DNA from: Ptychomitrium polyphyllum
Lineage: Eukaryota
Length of the DNA stretch: 64,000 bases
Direction of reading: 5' to 3'
Assembly: GCA_973851085.1 (NCBI GenBank)
Contig: OZ316775.1
Span: 15,190,001-15,254,000, forward strand
The notes under the pieces are model-generated. The model was not told where the DNA came from. It did not search any database and saw nothing but the letters and a program-made list of their open reading frames with translations. Shown piece after piece: positions 1 to 13,800 of the stretch. The position numbers and the translations under genes were made by a program. The stretch's first letter is position 1. Every line of letters starts with the position of its first letter.

Positions 1-3000
1 TAAGTTTTTCTTACAAAGTACTTGTTGTTGTAAAATGTATTTATAAAGCCAGCTTTAAAATATGAATTCTTCTATATTATACATGAATTATTTTTAATTG
101 ATGATTGGTTGAAATTTTATGTACAAACCATTTATTCTTAAGTTGACTTACAAAACTATCTTAAAGAACAAAAAAGTACATGTACTATGCATGTATTGAT
201 GTCTAAGCAATTAGAACTCAAAGTACTTTGCAATCTAGGACCTTCTGTACATATCAATTATATGTAGATATGTTTATAAGATTCACTTCAAGTCAAGAAT
301 GTACTTTCAAACAATTGTATTCATTATGTATTAAAAATTTAGAAGTTAAGGTGGTTGGCATTTGAAACTTGTTTATATATCAATTATATTGAAATGCACT
401 TATAAAAATGACTTTAAGACAAGAATATACTAATCTTATATATTACACAATAATTTATAAATCATTAGTAGTTAAAGTATCTCTATTTAAGATTTAGTAA
501 ATGTACATAGTATTTTAGATGTACATATAAGGCTAATCATATTAAAAAAAATCTAGCTGCATTTGCATGCTATTATAGATGCTATTATAATAAGTGCTTT
601 GATTTAAACAATTAGAAACTAAGCAGGTTTATGAAATTTTATACATATTTTTATTACAAAAAGAAAATTTTGCTATATTATTTACACTTTAAATTGTAAT
701 TAATCAAAATTTAGTTAATTGAAGAATTATGCGCATATAATATAGCTAGTTATTTTAATAATGTAACTTTATGCATTATGTTATACACATGCAAAAAAGC
801 AAATCTACTTATTTCAACAATTAATATGTATAAATTATTGGATTATAATTTATCACTTTGGAATATACATCATAATTAATATAAATTTGTACACATGTTT
901 TATATTTTTTTAATTCAAAAATTAAAATCTATACTAATTATATGATGATACACAAATAAAATATAAATTTTTAGGTTTAAAATTGAAATAGTTTTTATAA
1001 GATAAATAAGATATGCTTAAATTTTATTTTTTTTAAGAATCTAATTATGCTATTGTGACTTTACAATTTTATAAATTTTTTGACTTGTTTTGAGAAAGTT
1101 TGATATAATTAAGTTTTTAGTAGATTAATAAATAATAATAATGTAAAGATTTTTTGTTTTATAAAACTTGTCATTTTCATAAATAATCCTTCTTCCAAAT
1201 ACATAAAATTTGTCAACTTCTTTTTATGGATTTAAAATAATCTCTAAAATAAAAATATATTAAATAACCATTAAAAAGGTTTAATTTAAAATTTAAAATA
1301 TTTTTTAAAGAAGTATTTACTAAAAGCCAAAATTAATATGAAATTAGCCCATTATTTGCCAAAACAACAAGTACTTACCTTTTGAAAATAACAACCAGCA
1401 CCTTTGATTCACTAAGCCTTAACCACCAATGCTAAAATTTTGATGAATAATAGTAATATACATGATAATTTATAGTTTTTTTCAATGATGTTCATGGATC
1501 ATTAATAATAATAACAAATTTTTTGCCTTAAATGGTAAAAAATGAAGTTGTAACCATTTAGAGCCTTTTTTTGCTAAATAATTTAATTAAAAATTACTCT
1601 TTTATATTAGTTGCATCCATACAAACTCAAATCAATAAGAAAATTGTCTATAGAAGTGGTTTGTATATCAATAGCTACAGACATTTTACATATTTGTATA
1701 TAGTATTTCAATGGATTAGACACTATTGTCACAAAATTTGGTCTTTAAGGATGTTTTATAACAAAATTGACAACCTTATGTTGATTGAGCCTTGAAGGAG
1801 AATAAATCATTGGATATGTGAATGTCTATGTATTTTGTATTGTGCAATCCAAAGAAACTTAAACGAAGTCAATACCATGATACATTGAATGCAGCATTTT
1901 CCTATCACTTTTATCACCAAATAGGTGATGTATTTCCAGCTCCATGTTGCATGCTGGAAGAAGTGAATTTCAACAAGCAACATAAATGCTGTTGTATTTG
2001 ATTTAAATTATGTATTCTAGTGCATGCAAAATCTAGAGTTCATTGTAATACCTTGAATTCAAGTGAGCCATTCTAATTTCAATAAGATAGACAACAACAT
2101 CTATACTGTCTCGTGTCATTTCACATGAGATATGGTATCTAATTAAATATGTGTCATTTACCACATTAGTTTGTATCATAATGACAACAAAATCACATCA
2201 AATTGATCTAGATTAATATGTATTCAAATCATATTTTATGTGACCTTGATGTGATTTTGAAAACCAGTTTGATATCATTTTGATTTATGTTATTTTGGTA
2301 TCATTCTAGTTGTTTGAAGACATTTTAATGGGAGTTTGGCATTAATTTAATTTGTCTTATTTTAGCATCATTTTGATGTATCTTGTTTTGGCATCATTTA
2401 TGGCATTAAGTGTCAAGAAGTTGTCTATTACTGATTTCAATTATTGTCTTCAAGTTTACCAATGCGTGCAGTTGGAAAAGGTACCACTTACTGGAGGCAT
2501 TATTGAGACATCCTGCCAACCATGAAAAATACGGCAGAAATATCTCCAACCAGTCACACTTGTATCAATCGTAACAACCACTTCTTTATTTTATTGCAGA
2601 ATACAGCTCTATATAAGATATTGGATTTACCATTCACAAACCTTCAAGAAGTCATTGTTTGAGAAGAAACATTACTGAGCGTCCAGAGGAGAAAACCTTT
2701 GAGACTGGGCCTTTCCCTTCTTTGTACTTTTCTACTGTAATAATGTACAGTACATCTCACAAGGTCAGTGCATACCTGTGTAAACCCCATGATACCCAGT
2801 GTGATACCCTGCGCTGCACTACCTCTATATTCCTCCGACTGAGCACTACTGTGTAGTTTGCATTGACGTCTACATATTCTAATCCTTGGATGTGCGTGTG
2901 TTGTTCTCAGGCTTTCGTTGATTTGCTTTTCCAAAATTCAGCTGATGCATGCTAATGGTTCAAGCATCTAGGATATTTAACTGCACCGATAGACTTTTTA

Positions 3001-3719
3001 AAGCCTTTCCTCGAGTCCACCGGGTTAAATGTTCAGGCTAATTTCACAAGTTGAACACCAGCCAATCTACATGAGAACCTGGCCAGCTGATCATGGGGAG
3101 TTGAAACCCAAACCGACAGCAGGGATACTGAACTGTTGACCACGAGGTTTTAAATCTATCAAGTCAGACTTGATGCCCGCAGGAAGCTCCAACGAAAAAG
3201 GCCTGTCGAGGAATTCAATCCAATAATTAGCTTATGAAATAGCTAGGAAGCTAGCATACCGCTCAGAGAAAAATCCTACAAGTAGCTGAAAGTACACAGT
3301 GGATCACCATATGTAAATTCTTCGGCCCAGGTAGCATGAAACGATTTCATGCTGTGGGCACCTCAGTAGGTCGTGGCATTGTAGTAAAACAACAACTCAA
3401 CTGTGCTGTAATACTTCAGGTGAACCGAGGATGAATTTGAAGAGGAATACTTAGAACCAAAAAGAAATTGCATCAACTTTACAGTCTAATCTTTACATCA
3501 CCAAACGTTCACCCACCTCATATCTATCGTGAAGGCCTCTCTCAGAGATACTCTCAAAGCTATCATTGCTGAATTGCAATATATAAACCATCAATATCGT
3601 TCTCCTCGATGTCCATATATATACCACCTCATTTTCACACTGCAACTGCAGGCACCGGTTTGTCTTATTCAATAAACCATTTGACGTCCAATGGCTATCG
3701 CTTCGCAGTGGCAGAAGGA

Positions 3720-4304
3720 TTAAGTGTTGGCAATAATATTGGTAAGTTCCGGGGCCAACGACTGCACCCCTGTAGATAGAGGCCCCGCCCTCATGGCGCT
3801 GCTTGCGAAGCCGATGAGTGCCTCCTTGACAGGACACTTCTGGAAGCCGAAGTAGCCAAGGAGCGACAGCGTTCTGAGGCACAGGTCCCCCATCTGACCA
3901 CCACTGCAAATAGATCCAGCTAGGCACGACTTATAACACTTCAGCTCCAACACAAACAGAAGTCTTGGTGCATTCACGAGCTTCCGAGCGATTGGCACGG
4001 TGTACACCGCATTCAGTGCCCGATTGAGTGGCTCGCCGGTCACAACCAGCTGAACGGTGGTGGGTTTGGCGCGGGATACTGGGACGCTGCGGATACCTCC
4101 AGGGGGCACGTAGACGCCGTTCGTGACGGCCGCTGTCTGGTCCGGCAAGAGATTTTCGCATCTGGCAGTCGCTTCATCCTCGAGTTTGTGAGGCCGTGCC
4201 GAGGCAGGCAAGGACATCCATGCCACCAAGGTGAAAACTGCCAAAATGATCTGCACCGGAAACTTGATGTGCACCCCTGCACTTTCTTTGCAAGTGGGCG
4301 CCAT
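3720..4304 (-). CDS. Single-exon putative secreted protein of unknown function (194 aa)
   Basis: Open ATG-to-TAA ORF, more GC-rich than its flanks. Hydrophobic N-terminal stretch (VQIILAVFTLVAWMSLPASA|RP) with an A-x-A cleavage-like site. Six Cys in the predicted mature part. No family recognised. Confidence 0.55.
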   Translation of the reverse strand: MAPTCKESAGVHIKFPVQIILAVFTLVAWMSLPASARPHKLEDEATARCENLLPDQTAAVTNGVYVPPGGIRSVPVSRAKPTTVQLVVTGEPLNRALNAVYTVPIARKLVNAPRLLFVLELKCYKSCLAGSICSGGQMGDLCLRTLSLLGYFGFQKCPVKEALIGFASSAMRAGPLSTGVQSLAPELTNIIANT

Positions 4305-5083
4305 TGAAAATAGAACTCGAACTAGCCTGAGAACCAGAAAACCTGAGAGTGAAGGTTAGTCTTCAAGTTTATATAGTTCGAGTCCCTGCAAGCTGCCTTG
4401 GGGCTTCATTTAGTTCCACCCTTAATTGTGAATTTGATCACGTGGAGATCGTACCACGAACAAACCTTATAAAAGTGCCTCAACAAAAAAAATACCGTCT
4501 ACACAAGGATAAGGTACTAAGCACATGTTTCAAGTTCTTGCATCATGTACAATGTCCAGATGCTTCAGATCAGCCACCTTTACTTCTGTTTTGTTGCTGA
4601 TTCTCAAAACGGAGATTTCCGTACTGTCGTTGTTCGCAACAGATTGGGCTAACAGACAAACCTTTGTCTCGCACACTCCGGAAATGGAAGTTGTACTTCT
4701 GAAAATGATCAACGTTCACCTCATGCGTTGAACTCCACTACTAGATTGTCACTGTGGTGGAATTCTGGTTTATGGTGGGCAACTAATTTCCAGAATCACG
4801 CGCTTTGCGCTTGGTCAGGACTTCAGTGTCTCATGAAGGGTAGAGAAAGATTCAAGTGAGAAGGGCTCACTCTAATGTAATATGCATGAACAGAGTAGCC
4901 GTTTCAAAAACTAAATGCAGAAAAAGCAGTAGTTCTGTTCAAGGGTATTTTTAGGTGAAATTGATTACCATCTCAGAAACACTAGATTGAGATGCTAAAG
5001 TGATCCCGATATACACCTATTGGTCTGAAGATCCTTAAACACTCCCTGAATATTGTTGATGTAGGTTGTCTGCTGGCCTTCAG

Positions 5084-5450
5084 TGCAGGAATTGTCACAT
5101 TATCTGCTCACAGTGCTGTGTGAAGTTTAGTGCCAAAGGATTATCTTCGTGTTCAGGGAGACATGGGCAATTCGGATGCTTAGCAATGGAAAACACTTTT
5201 AAGTCTGTGCAAGTAAGCTGCAATTATTCTCTCCATGGATGAAAACGATGCCCAAGCACTCTCAGAGAGTAGGCCAGAAGGAGCTGTGTGTGTATGGCTC
5301 AACATTTCATTTCCCAGCACAATATTGCAGACATGAAGCTCCCATTGCTAAAACACCTGAGCACATAATGAAGATGCACGTCTCCATGATGGCAGTGAAA
5401 CTAGACTTGACGACTCGAGTCGTGAAATTTTCAATGAACTTGTTTCCGAT
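5084..5450 (+). pseudogene. SINA/SIAH-like RING E3 ubiquitin ligase pseudogene, copy 1
   Basis: Hand translation gives (Q)CRNCHIICSQCCVKFSAKGLSSCSGRHGQFGCLAMENTFKSVQVSCNYSLHG*, matching the plant SINA-like pattern QCxNGHxxCxxCCxKL..CPxC..IGxIRCxAMEKVxxSVxVxCxxxxxGC. The conserved Cys codon is TGA at 5240-5242 and the downstream zinc-finger part is frameshifted. Confidence 0.7.
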
Positions 5451-6424
5451 GAGTACAATCATACGGCGTCTCTGATGGTACAAGTCGACGAGGCCTTACA
5501 ATCAGTGCCTCCTCGTATGTCAGCAAACCTTCTCCTGTATTTCTATAAGTCCATGAGCCATACACACTCAAAATGAAGCTCTAGCGCGGGAAAGCGTCCT
5601 ACCCCAGGTCCTACATCATCAGAGATCCAACCTTCTTCCTTCAGAGGACACCTCAGTGGCATTGCAAGGGACAACTTCTTGTTTCAATTCCTGAACATCC
5701 TTGTGGTTTTCGTTGTAATGTACGGTTAGACATAGAACTAAATCTTCCTTGGAGATCGCCTACTCAGAGGGAATGGAGTTGATCTCAGCAATAAACAGAC
5801 ATTTGGCAGGTTTGAGATTAGATTTGCGCACTTCAGATTACAATTTACATGCTAGCAATGTCCATCCTGTGCCATATTCTGCACCTAGCCCTGCTTTGCA
5901 ACACACTCCTTATTGGGAATGACTAAATTTAGTCATAATGCAATATTTCTTTGAAATCAACTAGATTTAAGGTTCTTTTGCAATTTTGCTTTTAAATTTT
6001 CTTTTAATGAATATGTTGTGAGTCCCACATCAATTGCTGCTTTAAACAAGAAGTTGTACTCTTGTCGACCTGGACATACTTGATTGTCCGATTGGCAGGT
6101 GTTCCAGGTAAACACACCCGCATCATACTACCAATTGTGAAACAGTGCACTTGCATGCTGAGGCATGTAAGCACGAAATTTCTTTTAGATATTGTGATGT
6201 AGATTTGAGCCTCAGAAATAAAAACGACCATTAATTCAATATGAGATATAGTAGTTCCTTATAAGTTACAACATTTGTAAAACTTCACAACCTTAATTGA
6301 ACGGATGCTGGTTCTTGTGTCGTTTTTTATTTAAGCTTACACGGTAGGAAAGGACCATTAGTTTTAGCTCCTATTGAATGATACTTTCACTAGGATTCCT
6401 AATATATTCTGTGGAGGTCTTCAG

Positions 6425-6775
6425 ATCATTAATGGTCGTAGTGCCTGCTAAGAATGCTGTGCGAAGCTGATAAAAAAAACGCCCCTGGTGTTCACAATCC
6501 ATTTGGCCATATCCGCTTTTTAGCAATGTAGAAGGTTTGAGGGTCAGTGCAAGTAAGCCTGCAACAATTTTATCTGGAGATGTACCGAGCTGCTTAAGTG
6601 TCTCAAGAGAGAAGTACGAGAAGCTGTGTACGTAAGGCCCAACTTAAAATTGCCCAGCACGAGATTGCAAGCACCAAGCGCAAATTGGCTGACATCCGTT
6701 AACAATTTGTCAAGGCGCACCCCGAATGGGAGACTGTGAATCTCGACCTAAAGACGCGCAGCTTGAATACTGTAT
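6425..6775 (+). pseudogene. SINA/SIAH-like RING E3 ligase pseudogene, copy 2
   Basis: Nucleotide similarity to copy 1 (shared tagcaatg, gtgcaagtaagc, agctgtgt, cccagcac blocks). Translates to NGRSAC*ECCAKL..PWCSQSI/GHIRFLAM*KV*GSVQVS, with several stops and frameshifts. Confidence 0.65.
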
Positions 6776-7217
6776 GACCATTTATGCATAAAATTTCAGT
6801 TTGTGGTGGTAAATGCGGAAGAGGGATAACTTAAATAACATTGCACACATTCCCGCTGTCAGCGCATTAAAACTTTGTCCCTTCATGACCTAAGTAAACA
6901 CACATATAGGAGAATGTTAACCTCCACCCGATGAACTCGACATAAACAACACCTAACTTAGACTTTTACTCAGAGTATCTAAAGATTACGCCGGAAGATC
7001 TAAGATCCTACTGCAAACTCACCCAATCTCTCCACTCCACATACTCTTACATTCAAAACTGAAGGGCCTTGAATTCAAAGACCCTTGGCTACAACGAACT
7101 ACAGCCAATCAACAAAATCACTCCAGAAAGTCTCTCCTCAAATCCTTTCAAAAACCGGACTACTTCATCCACAAAATCTACCAATACATCTAGCAATACA
7201 ACTACTAGACACAGATC

Positions 7218-8449
7218 TTACAACAACGGAAACCGCTTCAACTTCTTGGCAGGCTGGGTCCCTGCAATAGCATAGCTCTCCACCTTCCTATCAATGCAAT
7301 AAATCTCAGTGAACGGCATGGAAACCTTATGGTCAATTCGATGAATGGCGCTAGCAGGGATAGACATCCAGTTATGTAACAGCACACGATCTTCAAGCTC
7401 CAGGCTCTCAAAGTGGTTCTTGTTATACTTGCACTCGTTCACAAAGTAGCGACCGAAGTAATTGGAGAGCTGGATGGCCAAGTCGTTGCGCTCGATCCGC
7501 CACTCCGGGTTCCACTCCCACGGCGCCTTCTCGGGGTGCCACTGGGTGGCGTACAGGGGCCATGACTTTCCCTCCACAGTAGAAACGAAGGCCTTGCCAT
7601 TGCGGTCGAGGTCAACGGACAACACGGAGAAATGCTGGTTTAGCTCGGTGTTGTTCAGGAATGCGTCGGGGTGGATGCCCAGACCATGGTTGTTGAATGC
7701 GAGTCGTCCCAACGGCGATGCGACTTCGAGGAAAAGCTCTTCGCTCATGGATCGGAACAAGCGGCTGTGCCAGGCGGGGTCTGTGAAGCCTAAGTTGATG
7801 GGGTAATTCTCGGCGTCGAATTCTTCCACAATCGTTGCCTCATCATCTTGGGCTATCAGCTGCAGCAAGCGCTCGAAACCCAAGCAGGTGCCCCAGAGCG
7901 GGTAGAAATTCCCGCGGCTATTCTCCTTTATGACATGCTTCAAGATATACTCTGTAGTGCGTCTGCAGAACCAAATCTTAAGAGAAACTCAGAATGCGTT
8001 TCTCTTAATAAGAGAACATAGCCACGAGTAGGGGCAAAATGATGCAAGAGGGAGGGGAATCGAGAGGCTTACAAGTACATGGAACCGCTGTCACATTCGG
8101 TGTGCGGGTTGAAGCTGACGGCACCTCCGGTCCAGAACACGCCGTTCACTCGATTCAAGATGAAATCCAGCTCCTCCAGGGTGGAGTCGTAGAAAATGGG
8201 CACCACGCGCGCGCCGCCGCCTTGCAACCAGCGCGCGTTGGAAGTGGCGATAACCTGGTTGCCGTAGTGCAAGCAACCTGGCTCCGGCAAGGTTAGAACT
8301 CCGATCACGGGGCGATCAGTATGGGTGTTGACACTCTTAGGCCGTTGATACACCGCACTTACCTGCACTGCTACCAACTCATGGTACAAGACTAGTGTCA
8401 GCAACGAAATCAACTTCGTCACCATTGATGAGCTACGCAACGCCTCCAT
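7218..8449 (-). CDS. GGH: Gamma-glutamyl hydrolase (peptidase C26, folylpolyglutamate hydrolase); 2 exons: 8449-8073 and 7962-7218
   Basis: Signal-peptide-like N-terminus, RPVIGVLT and GARVVPI motifs, catalytic Cys in WGTCLGFE, catalytic His/Glu in QWHPEK. A GT-AG phase-2 intron (8072-7963) joins the frames cleanly (..MYL-RTTEYILK..). Confidence 0.92.
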
Positions 8450-10847
8450 AGCTGCAGAGAGAGTTGAAGCCAGCCGTGGATTTGAATGCAAGGTGCAACG
8501 TATTCTTGGAGAGACTAGTAGGTCTATCAGATTGATGTAACTCACAATGAGTCTGTTCCATGAAGCTGCTGCTGGCTTCATGAAGCGAGCAACTGCAGCG
8601 ATACTTGCAGCGTTCTGGGCATATGAAGCAACGATGGTGCAGAAAAGTGCCTGGAATGTTCGGTTCTCGCGGCTCGGTTTCTCCGCCTCCCGTCCGCGGG
8701 ATCTAAAAACAGCTTCCACTTTCTGACTCGGTAACTGTTGGTTAAATGTTTTAACCAAATGGACATTTATTCCATTTGAGGAACAATAATACATAAGTTG
8801 AAACTAGGAAGAAACTTCCGGGCGAAGAGTTTTTATGTTTTATGAAGAGCTAACTTGCCAGGAGCCCTTTGGAAAGGACACAGTTAGTTTGGACCATTTC
8901 TACTCTGCGACAATGGTGATCCTGGGTGATTGAAAAAATTGTGTTCTTATTACAATGCTTCTAATAACGCAAGGAGGCTGAGGCAGTTCGGTTTATCGAG
9001 TACACTTTTCGAGTCATGTTTGTCTGATACTTAGGTGACATTGATGTAATGGCTGTTGATATTTCTAGGTGTTATCGTACTTAGGAGAAGTATCTTGAGA
9101 AGTGGACAAAATTACGACGTGAGAATCTGACTGCGCCGGTAATTTCAAGCTCCACTGAAGCACTTATATATTTCGGAGAGGAAAAACTCAAAAAAAATTG
9201 CCAGCTTTGTGCTTGGTTGTATTTTCCGCAGTAATTCAATTATTACATGTGTCAAAAAAAATGAAAAAATATACAACAGAAATAAATCTCGGTGAGCTGC
9301 AATACAAATTGCTAGTCATATACCAATATGAAAGTTAGCACTGTATTTTCAGTGGATTGAGCATCATGCGCTTCACTTACTATTCTGGCATTTTGAAGGG
9401 GATTCAGAGCCGTTCAACTGGCAGGAAACCATTGATATAGGCATCGTAACCGGGGTAGTGAATAATCCAAAGCAGGCCAAGTTGTAAATTGATGTCGTGT
9501 TGTTGTGGAACAGTGTTGGAATGGAGAAGTTATTCACTCGTAATTTCCCATCTGAATTGAATTGCTATATTGACCAGAAAAATTGCTGGTCTTACACTCA
9601 CACTAGTTGTTGAAAATCAGAGGAGGTGATGAATGATCAAGCTGATTGAGGTGACGGTGTAACCGGGATGATGTATTATGAGACCTAGTACTACTACAGA
9701 GTCTACTTGTCATTAGCTTCGACTAACTTCCAGAATTTGAGTTATTCTAAGGTTCAGCATGGCCGCATGTACCACCGTTCCAGCACAAGGCCCAATGCCT
9801 GCAGGAGAAGCCAATTTACTGGGACCCAACGTTAGAATTTTGGGTTGGAGATTAGAATTCGAACTACTGTGGTAGCCACCGCTAAATGAAAGCAGCGATC
9901 TCCTCTTAAACTCTGCCACCTTGAACCAGAGCAATGTACAGTGCACCGTTGCTGCACTCAGCTGATTTGGATGATCCAACTCGGATCCTATCCACTCCAG
10001 TTCGATATTCCACAGTAATATTCCTTTCTTCAGTAAAAATTATGTGTTCGTATCAGAAGGCTCTGGAAAACAGGTCCAACAATAAACAGCTTTGCACTGG
10101 CCATGAATTTGAATGTCCTTCAACAATGCTTCAATCTGCAGTATTACGGACAAGAGAATGATGTTCTCTGAAGTTTGAAAGAGCCTGGAAAAGTGAAGAT
10201 ACTTCTGATGAATATGGACGGCTGGGTCGACTAGGTGCATTCACAGGTGCATTGTACTATTCTGAGAGCTCTTCCATTGATATAGACTACTGCTCCACAT
10301 TGATTACTGTTAACTTACTAAACGTCTGCTGACACTTGTCACTCTTGAACCGTCTGTTTTATATATTTCAGTCTTGTGACTGAATAAAAGTTGTGATTAA
10401 TCATCCATGATGACCAAAGTCTATTCCAGTTAAGAAATGTTCTCTTGATAGTTGTAAGCACTTTCCTAGTGTCCCAGTTAAATATCGTTCTAAGAAAGCA
10501 ACTTGTCGGATAGAAATGAGCGTGTGGATTTCTAGTATCAGAACACAACAGTTTTACTATCATCAAGGAATGTCTTGTAAAGAACTTTCTTTTAGACATT
10601 TGCCAATTCATTCAGTTGCCTCCCTAGTAAAGATGAATACATAGGTCTTGGCAAACAAAGCCCTGAATAAAGCAGCAGGTGTTTTGATGGGAGGGCTTTC
10701 AAATTCGGCTACTATATTCAGTTAAAAGCTCCAAAAAAACAACTAAGAAGCGCACAGAAAGACACCTAGATAAATATGTGAGCGTGCTATATGGATCCAA
10801 GCCTCTGAAGGTAGAACAGATAGCCAATGAATCGAAAAGAAAGGCTG

Positions 10848-13800
10848 TTAAGTTGTGTATTCAGCATTAATTTTGACGTAGTCATAGCTCAAGTCGCAGC
10901 CCCAGGCTTGACTATGTCCAGGACCATTTCCTACAACCAATTTTACGGATGTGTCAGCCGATGGTAACAAAGGAGCTCATGCACATGAAAGTACGCACAA
11001 GGTAGGAAAAATCTTACCAATGCAGATTTTGATCGAAACGGTTCCATGCACTCTCCCGGCCTCTTTGAGGTAGGCGCTAGCTCCAGATCTGTAAAGGCAA
11101 CCATACGATAAGTCAAGGACAGCCCAATTTTGAAAGTTACATAAGCTTGGATACGACCATCCATGCCACTCCCACCACGGGTAATGACTGAGAGACACAA
11201 AACAAGTGGGAGAATCACCTGTCAAATTCTAGTGGCTGGCCTTTCTCCATCAAATGGAAGTCTCCAAGATAGATTTGAAGTTGCAGAGGGTCAAACGGAA
11301 TTCCAGCGTATCCTGCTGCACAGGCAATGCGGCCCCAGTTGGGGTCTCGCCCATATATCGCAGCCTGAACCCCAAGTCCCACATAGTGCTCATAATAGAA
11401 ACTCTCTCAAGCTTGGAAAGTAGGAAGCATGCATTGGTATAGGCGTACTATTAACGCTATGGACCTGCATCTTAGTAGAGAAAAAAATTAATTAAGAAGC
11501 GAAAGCACATCCTAATGAATATTTCACACCTTATTTAATGAAGAAGCAGCAACAGAACGAGCTACCGTTGCAGCTGCTGCTTCGTCTGATGCACCTGTTA
11601 CAGTCACCTGCAATATTTAAACAATAGACCCCTTATTAAGTGTCACAAGTTCATACTCTTAGTGAAGTCATCACACAACGCCAACAATTATTACAATATC
11701 ACAAAATCGATTGTTTCAGGATAATTTCCATGTGCATAAAAGTCGTACAGTCATATATGGTGGCTGCTACCGCTGTAACAATTCCTTGAAGAGAGTCAAT
11801 GAGCGCTGAGGAAGTCTCACCTCAACCAAGCACGTTGCCCCTTCACCGTCCGATGCAATTGACTTGGCTAGACCTTGCAAGACCTGCATGAAGGGAAAAA
11901 AGTAGTTGCTGTATGAGTCGTGCGTCCGACTCAATAAGAGTCTGATGAAAAGCTATCGCGCTAAAACGGTGACGGTATGAATTTTGAAAACGTTCCAACC
12001 GCTGTTCAATAATCAGTTCTAACACAATAACAATTCCCTGTGAGGTCGCGGCGCTGATTAAGTTCGCTCTCGGATTAGCTGGGCTTACTGCATCAAGAGC
12101 TCCCTGCAGCTGTCGAGCTGCTTCACTATTAATGTTTGATATCCTGGGCCCTCCAGCTGCCCCACTTGCCAAGGCTAATAAGGTGTCATTTGTGCTGCTG
12201 TCACCATCAACCTGCACACAAAGCCTGCTACGTCAGGCCACCTGGGTAGGCACATTTCTGCTCGCTTCCCATGATTTGCGGTGAATATTATACGCAACGA
12301 ATTAAAAGCTAACATTCCAGCACAGTTGAACCCCACAATGCACCCTTTCATGCATACGCATTCTAAATATATTGTACCGTGATCTGGTTGAAGCTTCTAT
12401 TTACCGCTGTAAGTACCATAGGCCTCCATACATCCACCGTCACATCTGCATCACAAGTCACAACCTGATCACAAAGCAATGAATATGAGCTTGAAGTGAT
12501 CTTGAATGGTATGAAAGATGAATAAGTGTTGAAACAATTCAGCTAGTTAAAAAACAGTTTAATAATACAGCATACATTCAAAAGGTGAAGAGTTTACTGG
12601 GATGTACTCCGAGCATGGTAGCCATATTTGGATGAATCATGCCAGAGCCTTTCGCTATGCCGCCTAGTCTCACCGTTGCACCGTCTATCTTTAAAAAATT
12701 AAGGATACAAGCAGCCGTGGGTCAGTTACACCTAAAAAGCTTTAGCGTCCACGAGCTATTTGATTAAGATTAAATCTGAACTAAAATAACTTTTACACCT
12801 TACTTGCAATGCTAGTGCTTCGAATTGTTCACAATACAAAACGAATGACAGCTCGATGCACTGAGCCAACGTCTAATAAATACTACAAATTGCAATGCAT
12901 GAGGCCAAAGTTACAGAAAAAGTGACATTGTGTGTTCAGAGCTTACTTTTGTTTCAATTGCAACGCTCTTGCTGACAAGATCAGTAGTTGTGATGGCTAC
13001 AGCTGCAGCATCAGCTCTGTAAAGATAATCCCACGAATATCCATGTGTCAAATGTGCAAACGCCCAAGTGACTGAAAGATCTGATCAAACTACCGTACAT
13101 GTCTGTGTCCGTCATTACAGGCTTAGAACTTTAATTTTAACTCAGAAAGAACTTCACCTAAGCGATAATCAAGAAACTCTAGTTATTCATATACCAATCC
13201 GCTAGGAGTTACACATCACCAACTGTACACACCCTTTACAGAAGTATATCAGGAACCCATAACCCTCTTGAAATATCAACACGAAAGTAATGTAATCAAC
13301 CAGCAATAACCAATTGGATTCTATTAAACTCACGCTTCAACACTTGAAGATAAAGACTTCACCATCTTTGGAAGTGCCTCAAGCAAAGCGTCCTGTATAA
13401 GGATGAACAGAAAAATTATCAGAACTCGTATATCTTCTGCAGGGTGCTGCCAAACCCACAAGTAAACTCAATTATTGTAGATTCAATTCCCAGAAAGGCA
13501 GCTATGCCCAAAACAATCCACAATTATATGCTCCAATCAAGGCACGTGCATACCTTCTTTATGCGGTGACCTATAACTCCAGTTGATTCAATAAGAACAG
13601 CTTCTTTGGGCACACCATAATGCTTCAATCAAAAAAACATCTGCATGTTAGTGTGGCAGACGGAGCTACATCAACGAAGAAGATGAACAAGTCCAGAACA
13701 ATCCGACCAAGGACTTTGCTGGTATGCTACAATATTGGAGGAGCCGAATTTCTACCTTAGCCACGGCCGCAGCACAGTCTAATGTATCCTGATAACCAGC

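Noticed and set aside
8450..8794. Longer N-terminus for GGH from the ATG at 8794
   Set aside because: The signal-peptide-like segment begins right after the ATG at 8449; the upstream 115 codons look like 5' leader.
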